From IMG/VR virus record IMGVR_UViG_3300029712_000001: 64,000 bases of DNA. One strand, written 5' to 3'. The notes below the pieces were generated by a model, which saw nothing but the letters and a program-made list of their open reading frames with translations, searched no databases and was not told the DNA's origin. This DNA comes from a virus. The translations under genes and the position numbers were made by a program. Positions 25,496-34,515 of the stretch are shown here, piece after piece (the stretch's first letter is position 1; each line of letters opens with the position of its first letter).

Positions 25496-26134
25496 TCAAA
25501 AATCAAATTTGCATTCATCAACAACAGGCTCGCATTTGGTATTTTCATTAACCCATTTCATGCCCTCTTCTTCCAGTATCTTCTTAGCCTTTTCATTGGC
25601 ATCATCAACGCTAATGAAAGACGTTACGGTACCGGCGTATATCCTCCTATATTTCTCAGGAGCCTTCCATCCTTCCTTACAACGCTTACTAAACCAACCA
25701 TGTTGATCTTCGTTGTAATAAACGGTTTTACATACTCCAGATTCGTTAGCGGCAGCCTGCCCTTCTTGCTCAAGAATCTTCGCAGCTTCGTAGTTGGCTA
25801 TTTCGGTACTGAACTTAGACCATACACGCCCGGCCTCTACCACGTGATGTGTGGGTTGTTCTTGTTTTTGACCATCAGGACAATCATTTTTAAAGAAATC
25901 CCCTTCCTGTCTTGTGTTATAATATACCTCGCAACATCCACCTACTTTATTAGCATACAACGGACCTTCTTTATCCGCAAACTCTTCCGCTTTCCTATCT
26001 GCATCATCTTGGCTTATATCCGAACAAAATTCAGCCTCATGAACGATAAACGTTTCTCCAGAACCAAGATCTTCCGGACAGTCCGATTTCTTGAAAGCTT
26101 TTCTGTATTCTTTGTTGTAATACATCTTTTTCAT
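25496..26134 (-). CDS. 3x 'SQ[ED]DAD' repeat protein (paralog of the repeats in the 1503-aa gene)
   Basis: 212 aa with three units such as FKKSDCPEDLGSGETFIVHEAEFCSDISQDDADRKAEEFADKEGPLYANKVGGC. Confidence 0.55.
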   Translation of the reverse strand: MKKMYYNKEYRKAFKKSDCPEDLGSGETFIVHEAEFCSDISQDDADRKAEEFADKEGPLYANKVGGCCEVYYNTRQEGDFFKNDCPDGQKQEQPTHHVVEAGRVWSKFSTEIANYEAAKILEQEGQAAANESGVCKTVYYNEDQHGWFSKRCKEGWKAPEKYRRIYAGTVTSFISVDDANEKAKKILEEEGMKWVNENTKCEPVVDECKFDF

Positions 26135-26382
26135 GACAAGATCTTATTAAGTTCTTCTTTGAATTTCTGAATCTCGTCCGGGCACAACCCGCATTTCCCT
26201 TCACATACGATTCTTCTCATACGATCTATTTTAAGAACTGTATCCATATCAGGCTTGATACCTACCTTATACTTATGATATTGTAGATACTGATCAGCCT
26301 TACATGCTATAAAACGATCAGCACACTCACATAAGTAAGATGAAGGGAAAAGAATTTGCTGTGTACTTCCGGTAGCTGACAT
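26131..26382 (-). CDS. small Cys-rich protein
   Basis: 83 aa with ATG start and a 4-nt overlap with the downstream gene. Confidence 0.4.
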   Translation of the reverse strand: MSATGSTQQILFPSSYLCECADRFIACKADQYLQYHKYKVGIKPDMDTVLKIDRMRRIVCEGKCGLCPDEIQKFKEELNKILS

Positions 26383-26383
26383 A

Positions 26384-26710
26384 TTATTTCACGGTAAAAT
26401 ACCTGGCGTATTCTTTATTTATGTATTCAGAATAAGTAGCAAGATCATCCGGATCTGGGCACTCGTTCTTCAAATTAACAATCCAGCCTCTTACCAGCTT
26501 TTGAATATCAGCATACCTTTTACTTACACCTCCTACAAACCTGAACTTGCGATGAAGGTCTATGATTTTCTTGTCCAATACAGCAAGTTCATCGTATTTC
26601 TGAATACAAGCCGCATTAGAATCAGCTTTAGGTGTCGTATTCGACTGAGGCTTTATAGCCCTATTTCTATTAACAGAAGTAATATTACTTCTTCCACATC
26701 CACATCCCAT
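26384..26710 (-). CDS. hypothetical protein (N-terminus MGCGCG)
   Basis: 108 aa with ATG start. Confidence 0.4.
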   Translation of the reverse strand: MGCGCGRSNITSVNRNRAIKPQSNTTPKADSNAACIQKYDELAVLDKKIIDLHRKFRFVGGVSKRYADIQKLVRGWIVNLKNECPDPDDLATYSEYINKEYARYFTVK

Positions 26711-26731
26711 AACTTATTTATATTTAATTAA

Positions 26732-27610
26732 TTACATTTTGCAACCACAATTTTCACAATTATTGAGAACGTAAATCAATTTAGATGCTTTTTCGTATAA
26801 TTGTTTTACGTTTTCAAAATTCCCTAATCTCATATTAGCTTCAGCCGCAGCCAGCAGAAACTCTATTTCTTTTATTTTGTCAATAACGTCATCATCCTCA
26901 TGATCACATAACACAGTTGACCTGGCCCATATCTTATCTATGTTAAGACGGATCAGATCTGTTTTTAAATACTTTCTGTTAAATGAATAAGAGGAAGGAC
27001 TGCCTTTTATGGTAATATCGTATATACCATCTTTTAGGTTTTCAAAATCATTTCCACGACCTGGATTTATGCCAAGGGTCTTACTGTTGAATACATTCAA
27101 CTGATTCTTACCAAGATAATAAACATACTTATTCTCGTCTTCAGGTGGCACAATCTCTATAATAGCCGGTCTGTCTGCCAGTATCCCCCATTCCGACTGA
27201 TCGGCTATGCGAAGCGTTTTAGGGTTGTTGGTGCTTATAACCTCAAAATCAAGATGGATGTTGTTCATACTCTCCTCCCATCCCATTCTGGCAAGGGAAT
27301 CATCGTATCTGGCTGTTATATCAGCTCCCTCTACCTCAGTGCTATTAACACGTACCTCGGTACCATTTATCTTGACTCCTACTATTTGGGCTACCAACGA
27401 CTTAGCCATACCAAACATAGGAACAATGATTTCCCCGTTATAATCAGTTCCTTCATTTGGATACTGTACTACTTCCGTCTTGTACAGGCCATCATTTCTT
27501 CTGACTACTATTCTAATAACCATCTGATTTTCTACATCGTAGTCGGTCATTACTATCCTGACATAGAAAATGTTATTTCTTATCTGTGGTAAAATATCGA
27601 TATAATTCAT
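26732..27610 (-). CDS. hypothetical tail-module protein
   Basis: 292 aa with ATG start, a -7 box upstream and a C-terminal CENCGC. Confidence 0.45.
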   Translation of the reverse strand: MNYIDILPQIRNNIFYVRIVMTDYDVENQMVIRIVVRRNDGLYKTEVVQYPNEGTDYNGEIIVPMFGMAKSLVAQIVGVKINGTEVRVNSTEVEGADITARYDDSLARMGWEESMNNIHLDFEVISTNNPKTLRIADQSEWGILADRPAIIEIVPPEDENKYVYYLGKNQLNVFNSKTLGINPGRGNDFENLKDGIYDITIKGSPSSYSFNRKYLKTDLIRLNIDKIWARSTVLCDHEDDDVIDKIKEIEFLLAAAEANMRLGNFENVKQLYEKASKLIYVLNNCENCGCKM

Positions 27611-27624
27611 AACTTACCTTTTTC

Positions 27625-27634
27625 CACAAAGATA
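27625..27634 (-). promoter_or_regulatory. -7 promoter box TATCTTTGTG
   Basis: Lies 15-24 nt upstream of the ATG at 27610. Confidence 0.5.
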
Positions 27635-27693
27635 AGTAAATGGGGTGATAAAAGTTTAAAATGTTGTGTATTAAATAAAATAGGACGTGATTA

Positions 27694-28161
27694 TTACCAT
27701 ATCCGATAATAGATTCCAGCGCCTAAGTAGGGGGAGAAGCCCTCGCGCCCAACCCCATACCCTGCCGTCAGTCCTATGCCCCAGCGCCGGCTCTTTTCAT
27801 ATATTATTTCTTTTTTGTGGTAGATGATCATCGTGTCTAAATTAGGTCTGTATCCGCTTATAACAGCCCGATAATCATCTGTTTTGTATGTTTTTCTTTG
27901 TATAGGAATATTGATATAAACAGTGTCTCTTATCGTATCTTTTTCAACTATAGCATCCATAGGGAAAGGTGTTTCTACCTCCCCTACGTCAACTATATAC
28001 TGAGGAACAGGAACAGGTTGGATAATGGTATCTATTACAGTATCTATTTTTATATCGTATATTATTTCTTGTTTCTTGCATGTTTTACCAAACAAGAAAG
28101 ATATAAAACACAGTAGAAGAACTCCTAACACATGCCTGGCTCTCATTTTTTGCAAACACAT
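27694..28161 (-). CDS. signal-anchored envelope protein, possible spanin-like lysis accessory
   Basis: 155 aa with an N-terminal hydrophobic anchor and a Gly/aromatic C-terminus (GIGLTAGYGVGREGFSPYLGAGIYYRIW). It lies last in the lysis cassette. Confidence 0.35.
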   Translation of the reverse strand: MCLQKMRARHVLGVLLLCFISFLFGKTCKKQEIIYDIKIDTVIDTIIQPVPVPQYIVDVGEVETPFPMDAIVEKDTIRDTVYINIPIQRKTYKTDDYRAVISGYRPNLDTMIIYHKKEIIYEKSRRWGIGLTAGYGVGREGFSPYLGAGIYYRIW

Positions 28162-28730
28162 CTTTTACCCTCCTTATCTTCGTCTAAAAGTTCTTGTATA
28201 TCACCGTTGTTAATACCTTCTTTAAGCTCTTCTCCGAATGGAACTTTTTGCCACCAACTTACTTTGCTAAAGAAATACTTAACACCTTTTACTATCATCA
28301 AATCAGGTGCAAGGTCGCCGAGGCGTTTGAATGCCATTCCACCGTATAATATTAAGGCGAATATCGTAATCCACTGAAGAAGCATGTCTATAAACTCTGG
28401 GGATTTATGCCCTCCCATAGACATAATAAGATCCATTCCGGATATGGTAAACAGCCCGAAAGAGCAGGCCGCGAACTCAAGAAGGATTTTCAAAACTCCA
28501 ATTTCGCTTATGCATGTCAATATCTTAAAAGGCCTCTTTCTCTTTCTTCGGATATAGCAGTGTTTGATACTTTTTATAGTAGCTAACAAAAGATTTATAG
28601 CTAATATAAACAATATAGAATATATAAGGTGGTGAATCTCCTGGAAATTCATCCACAATGCTGATAATCCGGAAATGAGAAAAGCCCAGAAACTTTCTAA
28701 ATTCATCCTTCCTACAAATCTGTAAGCCAT
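28143..28730 (-). CDS. multi-pass membrane protein, putative holin
   Basis: 195 aa with about four TM spans and a charged C-terminus. It lies immediately downstream of the endolysin. Confidence 0.4.
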   Translation of the reverse strand: MAYRFVGRMNLESFWAFLISGLSALWMNFQEIHHLIYSILFILAINLLLATIKSIKHCYIRRKRKRPFKILTCISEIGVLKILLEFAACSFGLFTISGMDLIMSMGGHKSPEFIDMLLQWITIFALILYGGMAFKRLGDLAPDLMIVKGVKYFFSKVSWWQKVPFGEELKEGINNGDIQELLDEDKEGKRCVCKK

Positions 28731-28731
28731 A

Positions 28732-29193
28732 TTAGAACATAGTTACTTTCTTGCTACTTCCAAGAGAGTCATATACGTCAATATGGACCCAATTGGTACC
28801 TGATTCTAATCTAATGGGACAAGGAAGTAAATCCTGTGACTGAATTATTTTATTCCTTGTCTCTTCTGCCGTCATACCCTTGGCATCAAAATCGATGGCT
28901 GCCCCAAGCATATGAGGACTGATATACAAAGACCCTGATACGGTCTTGGATTTTACTATGTCTGAGATATTGTTCCTAAACCCACGCTCATCAAACCTTC
29001 CGCCCGACTTCCAGGTATTAACCGTCATCGGAGTTTTCAAAATGTCTTTCCTTAAAACCAGTATCGTGTGAAGCAACTCAGTTCTTAAATACCTCCAGCA
29101 AAGATCTTTGTCTCTACCGTACTCTTTAGGACCAACTAATTCAACAATACTAAAATACTGACTCAATTCTTTTATAATATCACTTCTTTCCAT
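28732..29193 (-). CDS. endolysin, zinc D-Ala-D-Ala/L-Ala-D-Glu peptidase (M15-like)
   Basis: Motifs SGGRFDERGFR, SPHMLGAAIDFD and WVHIDV match the H-x6-D...H metal ligands of the VanY/M15 family. Confidence 0.7.
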   Translation of the reverse strand: MERSDIIKELSQYFSIVELVGPKEYGRDKDLCWRYLRTELLHTILVLRKDILKTPMTVNTWKSGGRFDERGFRNNISDIVKSKTVSGSLYISPHMLGAAIDFDAKGMTAEETRNKIIQSQDLLPCPIRLESGTNWVHIDVYDSLGSSKKVTMF

Positions 29194-29207
29194 AACTTAA
29201 CCTTTTT

Positions 29208-29217
29208 CACAAAGATA
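29208..29217 (-). promoter_or_regulatory. -7 promoter box TATCTTTGTG
   Basis: Lies 15-24 nt upstream of the endolysin ATG at 29193. Confidence 0.5.
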
Positions 29218-29258
29218 ATCAGAACCTTACCAAATATTAAAATAAGTAGAGTCTGGAT

Positions 29259-29296
29259 TAAAGAAAAACCCCTGCATAAATAAATATACAGGGGTT
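29259..29296 (-). terminator. intrinsic terminator
   Basis: Stem AACCCCTG/CAGGGGTT is followed on the minus strand by TTTTTCTTT. Confidence 0.6.
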
Positions 29297-29324
29297 ATCC
29301 ATAACATTAACAACAAATCACGAC

Positions 29325-30437
29325 CTAAACAACCCTTACATATCCTGCTGATACAAGATCAGAAAGATTCTCGTAAGCCAAAGGGATGCCTGAATCTCTT
29401 ATGCAAAGATACTTAATTTCTTTGTCAATGTAATACTTTCCATTCTCTAAAATAGAATTATATACCCAAGGAATAGGATCGTCTATCGTACCTGAATGCT
29501 TTTCTTGAACAACCATATACAGGCTTTCAGTTCCACCTCCCTGACCAGGAACCCAGTCGGCTTGGAGATTGTGATTTTGCCTTACTTCAAACAGAGTCCA
29601 ATCCAAATCCGAAGGTTTGTTTTTGCTACGGAAACGCTGCCCTTTTACAACAGCCGTGCCCATAGGAAGACCTTTGTCGCCGTAAACTCCATCCTTGTCC
29701 CAGATAGGGTACAATCCCTTTATCTTAAGAGCAAGATTCTGGTCGGTGTTTTCCAGCATAGCCGGCGTGTTGATCATCGCCCTCATGTACATAGCTGTAG
29801 CCTTCTCCGGATCATTGGCTTCAAGGATCTTATTTTTTTCTATGATCTGATCCTTTGTCCTTACCAACTTCTCAGGATAACCTTCATCCACTTTCATAGA
29901 CTCAACTTCACTCCTGTCGGTTTTAGAAGTTATTTCCTTTTCTATGGCAGCAGTACGATCGTTGCACTCAGATTCATATACATGCATTTCATTCATTGCC
30001 GTATTAGCAATATCAAGCTCGTATTCTGAATCTGCTACGGATACGGTGTATATCCCGCTTCCTTTTGCTACGTCAATATCGTTTTTAACCTTCTGTCTCA
30101 TGCTGCTATTATACCATATCTGTTTACCATCCAAACTATAAGAACGAACGGCATCAGAATAAGCATATTCCCTGGCCTCAGAAACTTTCTTGTCCTTAGC
30201 CTTGGCAAGCAACTCCTCTTCAGTTGGTCCAGGAGGCTCCGGGTCAAGCTGCATAGCAATAACTTCTTTCACACTCGCATCAGGATTGTTTTGATGGAAT
30301 TTTTCTTGATCGGAATCAAGTTGAACCCATTTCCCATCTAAGAAATCTTGGTAAGAATACCCTACTTCGTAAGAAGAGGAATCCAACTCGTATCCTTCCC
30401 AGTAAAAACCTTTTACGTTTTTATTTACATAAAGCAT
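29325..30437 (-). CDS. tail-fibre-module protein
   Basis: 370 aa with ATG start and a terminator downstream. Confidence 0.45.
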   Translation of the reverse strand: MLYVNKNVKGFYWEGYELDSSSYEVGYSYQDFLDGKWVQLDSDQEKFHQNNPDASVKEVIAMQLDPEPPGPTEEELLAKAKDKKVSEAREYAYSDAVRSYSLDGKQIWYNSSMRQKVKNDIDVAKGSGIYTVSVADSEYELDIANTAMNEMHVYESECNDRTAAIEKEITSKTDRSEVESMKVDEGYPEKLVRTKDQIIEKNKILEANDPEKATAMYMRAMINTPAMLENTDQNLALKIKGLYPIWDKDGVYGDKGLPMGTAVVKGQRFRSKNKPSDLDWTLFEVRQNHNLQADWVPGQGGGTESLYMVVQEKHSGTIDDPIPWVYNSILENGKYYIDKEIKYLCIRDSGIPLAYENLSDLVSAGYVRVV

Positions 30438-30452
30438 ACTCTATCCTTTCTA

Positions 30453-31514
30453 TTAAGCTTGTTCACCCACTCTGATAACCAACTTATTATTGATATACCA
30501 GATACTTAATTCTATAAAACTGTTTTTAGGTACTACTACTCTATCGCCTGACATGCTCTGGAACCGGCCAGAGGTAGGAAGCGGCTGCGTGATGTCTGTG
30601 CCGGTGGTGTTGTTGACCCGCACCTGCCATTCCCTCCCAACATACTCAGAAGATACGGTCATATACAGATCCGTAGCAGAAGCGACGTTGGCTATGATAT
30701 TATGAGCACCTTTTGGTAAATTTGCCAATGTTGTAACAACCTTAGGGGGCATAGCCATAAAATTCAAATAAGACAATATCGTATTAGACAACTGAACCAT
30801 ATTGTTCATAACCTCATATGTCTTATCTTGAATAACAACAAAAGTCCCCACCTGAATTTGTATATCATATTCAGATGCGCCTACCGCTGAGTCGGCATTA
30901 GCAAATGAGGCAAATACTATTTTTAATTTAAAATTATTTTCAAAATCATTACCTTCTAAAAAATAATTCAAATAATAATAATCACCAGCTAACTTACCTA
31001 ATGTGATATTATTATTGTATGCATCCAAAACTTTTGCAAACGAACCTTCATCAAGTGTTCCTGAATTACCTGAAAACATAGATAGATCAAGATAATTCGA
31101 ATCTACTCCGGTACTTACCATACCAAGAGATTCAAGCACCTTACCACCACTTTCTTCAGTAACCAAAATATATTCGTTATACACGTTTTTGGTTTCTGTA
31201 GATGCCACATCATCTTTTACAAGATACATGACATTATCCTTCGCCTCCTCAACAGTAGGAAGTTTGCTAACAATCTGCTTCTTCCACCCTGCTGCCGATA
31301 CAGCATCATCTACATACTTCTTGTTTACATAATCGCCCCATGTCATGTTACTAAGAAGAGTCTTGCTACCGTCTTGACTTCCGGCAGGGGGAGCCGGGAT
31401 GAGGCCTCCCTTGCCCGACTCCGAACTTGTTCCAGGAGCGGCCTGCACCACATTCTCAAGTCTGGAATCAACCTCCAGACCTTCGAATTTACTGTTATAA
31501 CCTACTTCTGCCAT
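30453..31514 (-). CDS. tail-fibre-module protein
   Basis: 353 aa with ATG start. Confidence 0.45.
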   Translation of the reverse strand: MAEVGYNSKFEGLEVDSRLENVVQAAPGTSSESGKGGLIPAPPAGSQDGSKTLLSNMTWGDYVNKKYVDDAVSAAGWKKQIVSKLPTVEEAKDNVMYLVKDDVASTETKNVYNEYILVTEESGGKVLESLGMVSTGVDSNYLDLSMFSGNSGTLDEGSFAKVLDAYNNNITLGKLAGDYYYLNYFLEGNDFENNFKLKIVFASFANADSAVGASEYDIQIQVGTFVVIQDKTYEVMNNMVQLSNTILSYLNFMAMPPKVVTTLANLPKGAHNIIANVASATDLYMTVSSEYVGREWQVRVNNTTGTDITQPLPTSGRFQSMSGDRVVVPKNSFIELSIWYINNKLVIRVGEQA

Positions 31515-31517
31515 TTT

Positions 31518-31736
31518 TTATTTCTTGTTAATTTTGTCCAACAATTTCTTGATCTGGTCTACGATGTCCATCACCGCGCCAACCTTATTTTTTACGTCCT
31601 CAACCTTCTGATCGATCTTAGAATCCAAAGCCTTTAAACGGTCTTCGTTTTTACGATACACTAAATACAGGGCTAAACCGATGATTGCTATCGTAAGAAT
31701 ATTAGCCAAAACACATCCGATTATTATCTGAAACAT
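31518..31736 (-). CDS. small TM plus coiled-coil protein
   Basis: 72 aa. The N-terminal span IIIGCVLANILTIAIIGLALYLVY is followed by a charged helix. Confidence 0.45.
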   Translation of the reverse strand: MFQIIIGCVLANILTIAIIGLALYLVYRKNEDRLKALDSKIDQKVEDVKNKVGAVMDIVDQIKKLLDKINKK

Positions 31737-31822
31737 GATGATTATATAGTAGATAACGCTACCACACGCTTTAATTATTCAACTTTTTTACAAATATAGC
31801 AATTGTCCCAACCATAACAAGA

Positions 31823-32095
31823 TCAAAAACGCTCGTCATTAACATCAGACACCCATTCTTTAGATGAAAGAACAGATTCAAACTCAGAAGAAGGGCTGTC
31901 ATATACCGGATACGGATATTGAGGTTCGTCATCAGCCTGCATGTCTAAAGACTTAAATAGAAGGTCATAATGTTCTACATGTAAAATAACTTTAGAGCCA
32001 TCTACGCTCGCTCTTGGGCTACCTATTCCTAATTCACGTCTCTTTTCTTCAGATACGGAATAATATACTTCTTTTGGTATGATAATAAATTTCAT
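31823..32095 (-). CDS. hypothetical protein
   Basis: 90-aa ORF abutting the upstream gene. Confidence 0.4.
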   Translation of the reverse strand: MKFIIIPKEVYYSVSEEKRRELGIGSPRASVDGSKVILHVEHYDLLFKSLDMQADDEPQYPYPVYDSPSSEFESVLSSKEWVSDVNDERF

Positions 32096-32096
32096 A

Positions 32097-34220
32097 TTAC
32101 TTTGATTTTAGGGTTTGTAAATAGTTGTAGGCTTTGATACAGTCGTCTTTGGAGAGGATTCTTGGATAAATTGCAAGGTTCTTAAAAGCTATTCGATCAA
32201 ACCTACCACCACTACTCGATACCTCCAATGTACCACCAGAACCAACTACATTACCTGTATTTGCCAGTATTTCATTCCAATTACGATCATAGGCCCTACC
32301 ATCTGAACATGCAGCATTAATACTTTTAATTCCGTCAAGACTATTTTTTACTGATCCTGAATTAATATAAAGATCAAGTCCAATCATTGTGTTGTAGATA
32401 TAAAAACTAGACCCTTTTACTAAACCAACACCACTCTTTTTATTATTAATAAACTTCCAATCCCCAACAATCGTAAAATCCTTACCCATTCCAAAAACTG
32501 ACGAAACTATCTTATCATCCACCCCATCAGTAACCAGGTATCCTTCGTATTCGGGGATTTGCTCTATGGTGATATCACAGGTTTCTTGTATTTTATCTAA
32601 TGTAAATCCATACCAATCTCCATTTGCTTTAAATAAAAAAGACGGTAATGTATAAATTCCATCTTCTGATATTTTGTATATCTGTTGTCCTTCAGAAGTT
32701 ACTTGTTTATAGGATAGAGTTTGACCATCTTTCAGTCCATAAACTTTTATCTTATAAGAAGGAACTGTAAAAGAAGGTTGTTCAGGATAGGATTGATAAT
32801 ATAACTGTGTAGACGCAACTTTAACTGAAGTTATATTTACAGAATAACTCGTCCAAGTTAAATCCGCTCTATCAGTAGATTGAACCCATCTACCACCAGC
32901 ATAATTCTCAGCATACAACCCATACCCACTCCCTTCTGCAAACCCAAAATTCGACAGTACAAGATCATTACCATTGCCCGTAATGTTGGCAATAGTAGCA
33001 CGATCTTCGTCCTCGTTGGTTTTGCCTACCACTGTCCATGCTTGATCAAAGAATAACCAAGGATAGGTTTTGACGAAGTAGTCTTTGACCTTGGTTAGTT
33101 CTTCTTCGGTGGCATCGTGATCGAGAAATACAAGTTCCCAAATAGCAGCATTAATACAAGTTCCTACATTAGTTGGAGCTAATTTCCCAACATGTAGCAC
33201 ATCTGTTCCTTCAAAATTACCAGTTGTAATCGAAACACCATTATAACTTTTAGATGTCTGATAAGTGAGGATGTGTGGTAAATCATTTTCACTCCCTATT
33301 GCTCCAAAAGATATAGGCTTATTAAGATGCTCGGCTTGTATATTTCTATATTCTAACAAGAAGGCACCATCCTTGAGCCAATTCTTTACATTAGATACTA
33401 ATCCTTGGGCTATTTCACCCCTTGTAATCCACTGTCTCAACGCTACAACCGTATATCCCTTTTCCTTAGTCAGAATGGGGAAGTTATCACAGACACCGTA
33501 ATCGTCTACTCCATCAAAGACAAGTGCACCAGGGTAGAGAGGTAGTTGTTCGATGGTAATATTGCAAGATTCCTGTAATTTTAAGAACTTGAATCCGTAA
33601 TAAGCATTTTTAGCTCCAAAATCAAAACTTGGTAGATGATATATACCATCATTTTCAATTCTCATTATAACAAATTGTTGTGTTCCATTAGAAACATATT
33701 CAATTCCTTGTCCGTCTGTTAAACCAGAAACTTTGATAGTACATGATAAAACCCTAAATCCAGTATCACTTAGTGATGATTGATAAAATAATTGAGCTGA
33801 TCTATTATCCTTTATTGATCTTGCATTAAAAGACTTATAAGTCCAAGTGGCATCAATTCTTGATTCTACCTTATACCATTTATTACTATTATAGTTCTCT
33901 GTATATCCACCTACCCCACTCATTCCACCCCAAGCGAAATTCTTGAAGGATAAGAACCGACCTTTATGGTCCGCATCCTCAATCCTCGGATCGTCCATCG
34001 CTGCCATCATCTCGTTCGTCAGGCCGCCGAAATACCAACGGGTGATATCGCCAGGAAGTTTAGGAAAATCATCTACCCTACAAGGTAAATCGGATATCAT
34101 CTTCGCATACTCTTTAAAAGGTATGGAAGTAGGTACATCATACCCTTTGGATATAAGGGCTTGCCTTATATCCTCCTTGGTATTTATGATCCTCATTAAC
34201 TTATCTGATATGGTTCCCAT
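32097..34220 (-). CDS. tail fibre with internally duplicated module, each copy ending in a LamG-like start (FDGVDDY / TDGVDDK)
   Basis: 707 aa. Residues ~60-240 and ~415-575 align with each other, e.g. IENDGIYHLPSFDFGAKNAYYGFKFLKLQESCNITIEQLP with ISEDGIYTLPSFLFKANGDWYGFTLDKIQETCDITIEQIP. Confidence 0.5.
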   Translation of the reverse strand: MGTISDKLMRIINTKEDIRQALISKGYDVPTSIPFKEYAKMISDLPCRVDDFPKLPGDITRWYFGGLTNEMMAAMDDPRIEDADHKGRFLSFKNFAWGGMSGVGGYTENYNSNKWYKVESRIDATWTYKSFNARSIKDNRSAQLFYQSSLSDTGFRVLSCTIKVSGLTDGQGIEYVSNGTQQFVIMRIENDGIYHLPSFDFGAKNAYYGFKFLKLQESCNITIEQLPLYPGALVFDGVDDYGVCDNFPILTKEKGYTVVALRQWITRGEIAQGLVSNVKNWLKDGAFLLEYRNIQAEHLNKPISFGAIGSENDLPHILTYQTSKSYNGVSITTGNFEGTDVLHVGKLAPTNVGTCINAAIWELVFLDHDATEEELTKVKDYFVKTYPWLFFDQAWTVVGKTNEDEDRATIANITGNGNDLVLSNFGFAEGSGYGLYAENYAGGRWVQSTDRADLTWTSYSVNITSVKVASTQLYYQSYPEQPSFTVPSYKIKVYGLKDGQTLSYKQVTSEGQQIYKISEDGIYTLPSFLFKANGDWYGFTLDKIQETCDITIEQIPEYEGYLVTDGVDDKIVSSVFGMGKDFTIVGDWKFINNKKSGVGLVKGSSFYIYNTMIGLDLYINSGSVKNSLDGIKSINAACSDGRAYDRNWNEILANTGNVVGSGGTLEVSSSGGRFDRIAFKNLAIYPRILSKDDCIKAYNYLQTLKSK

Positions 34221-34504
34221 TACACTTCCTCCCCATTTATATAATCTAATACCGAACCTATGTCTCCGATGTCTGATTTTATTGACTCTCCTTGAGAATA
34301 TATTTCAATAAGTTTCTGATATAAAGTGTTATCCCCTATACGATTCTTATCTGTAGCTTGTTCTTCGATCTTAGTTATCGTATCAGGATTTTCGTACTTA
34401 ACACCATCAGGACCATACCATTCGTCTGTTAAATTCGTGTATTTATGACGAACTGGAGTCGATTTAGACTCCAGTGTTACTAAAAAATATTCATTACAGC
34501 TCAT
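34220..34504 (-). CDS. hypothetical protein
   Basis: The track start is TTG; an ATG lies at 34504, after the upstream stop at 34516. Confidence 0.4.
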   Translation of the reverse strand: MSCNEYFLVTLESKSTPVRHKYTNLTDEWYGPDGVKYENPDTITKIEEQATDKNRIGDNTLYQKLIEIYSQGESIKSDIGDIGSVLDYINGEEV

Positions 34505-34515
34505 GACAATAAGAT

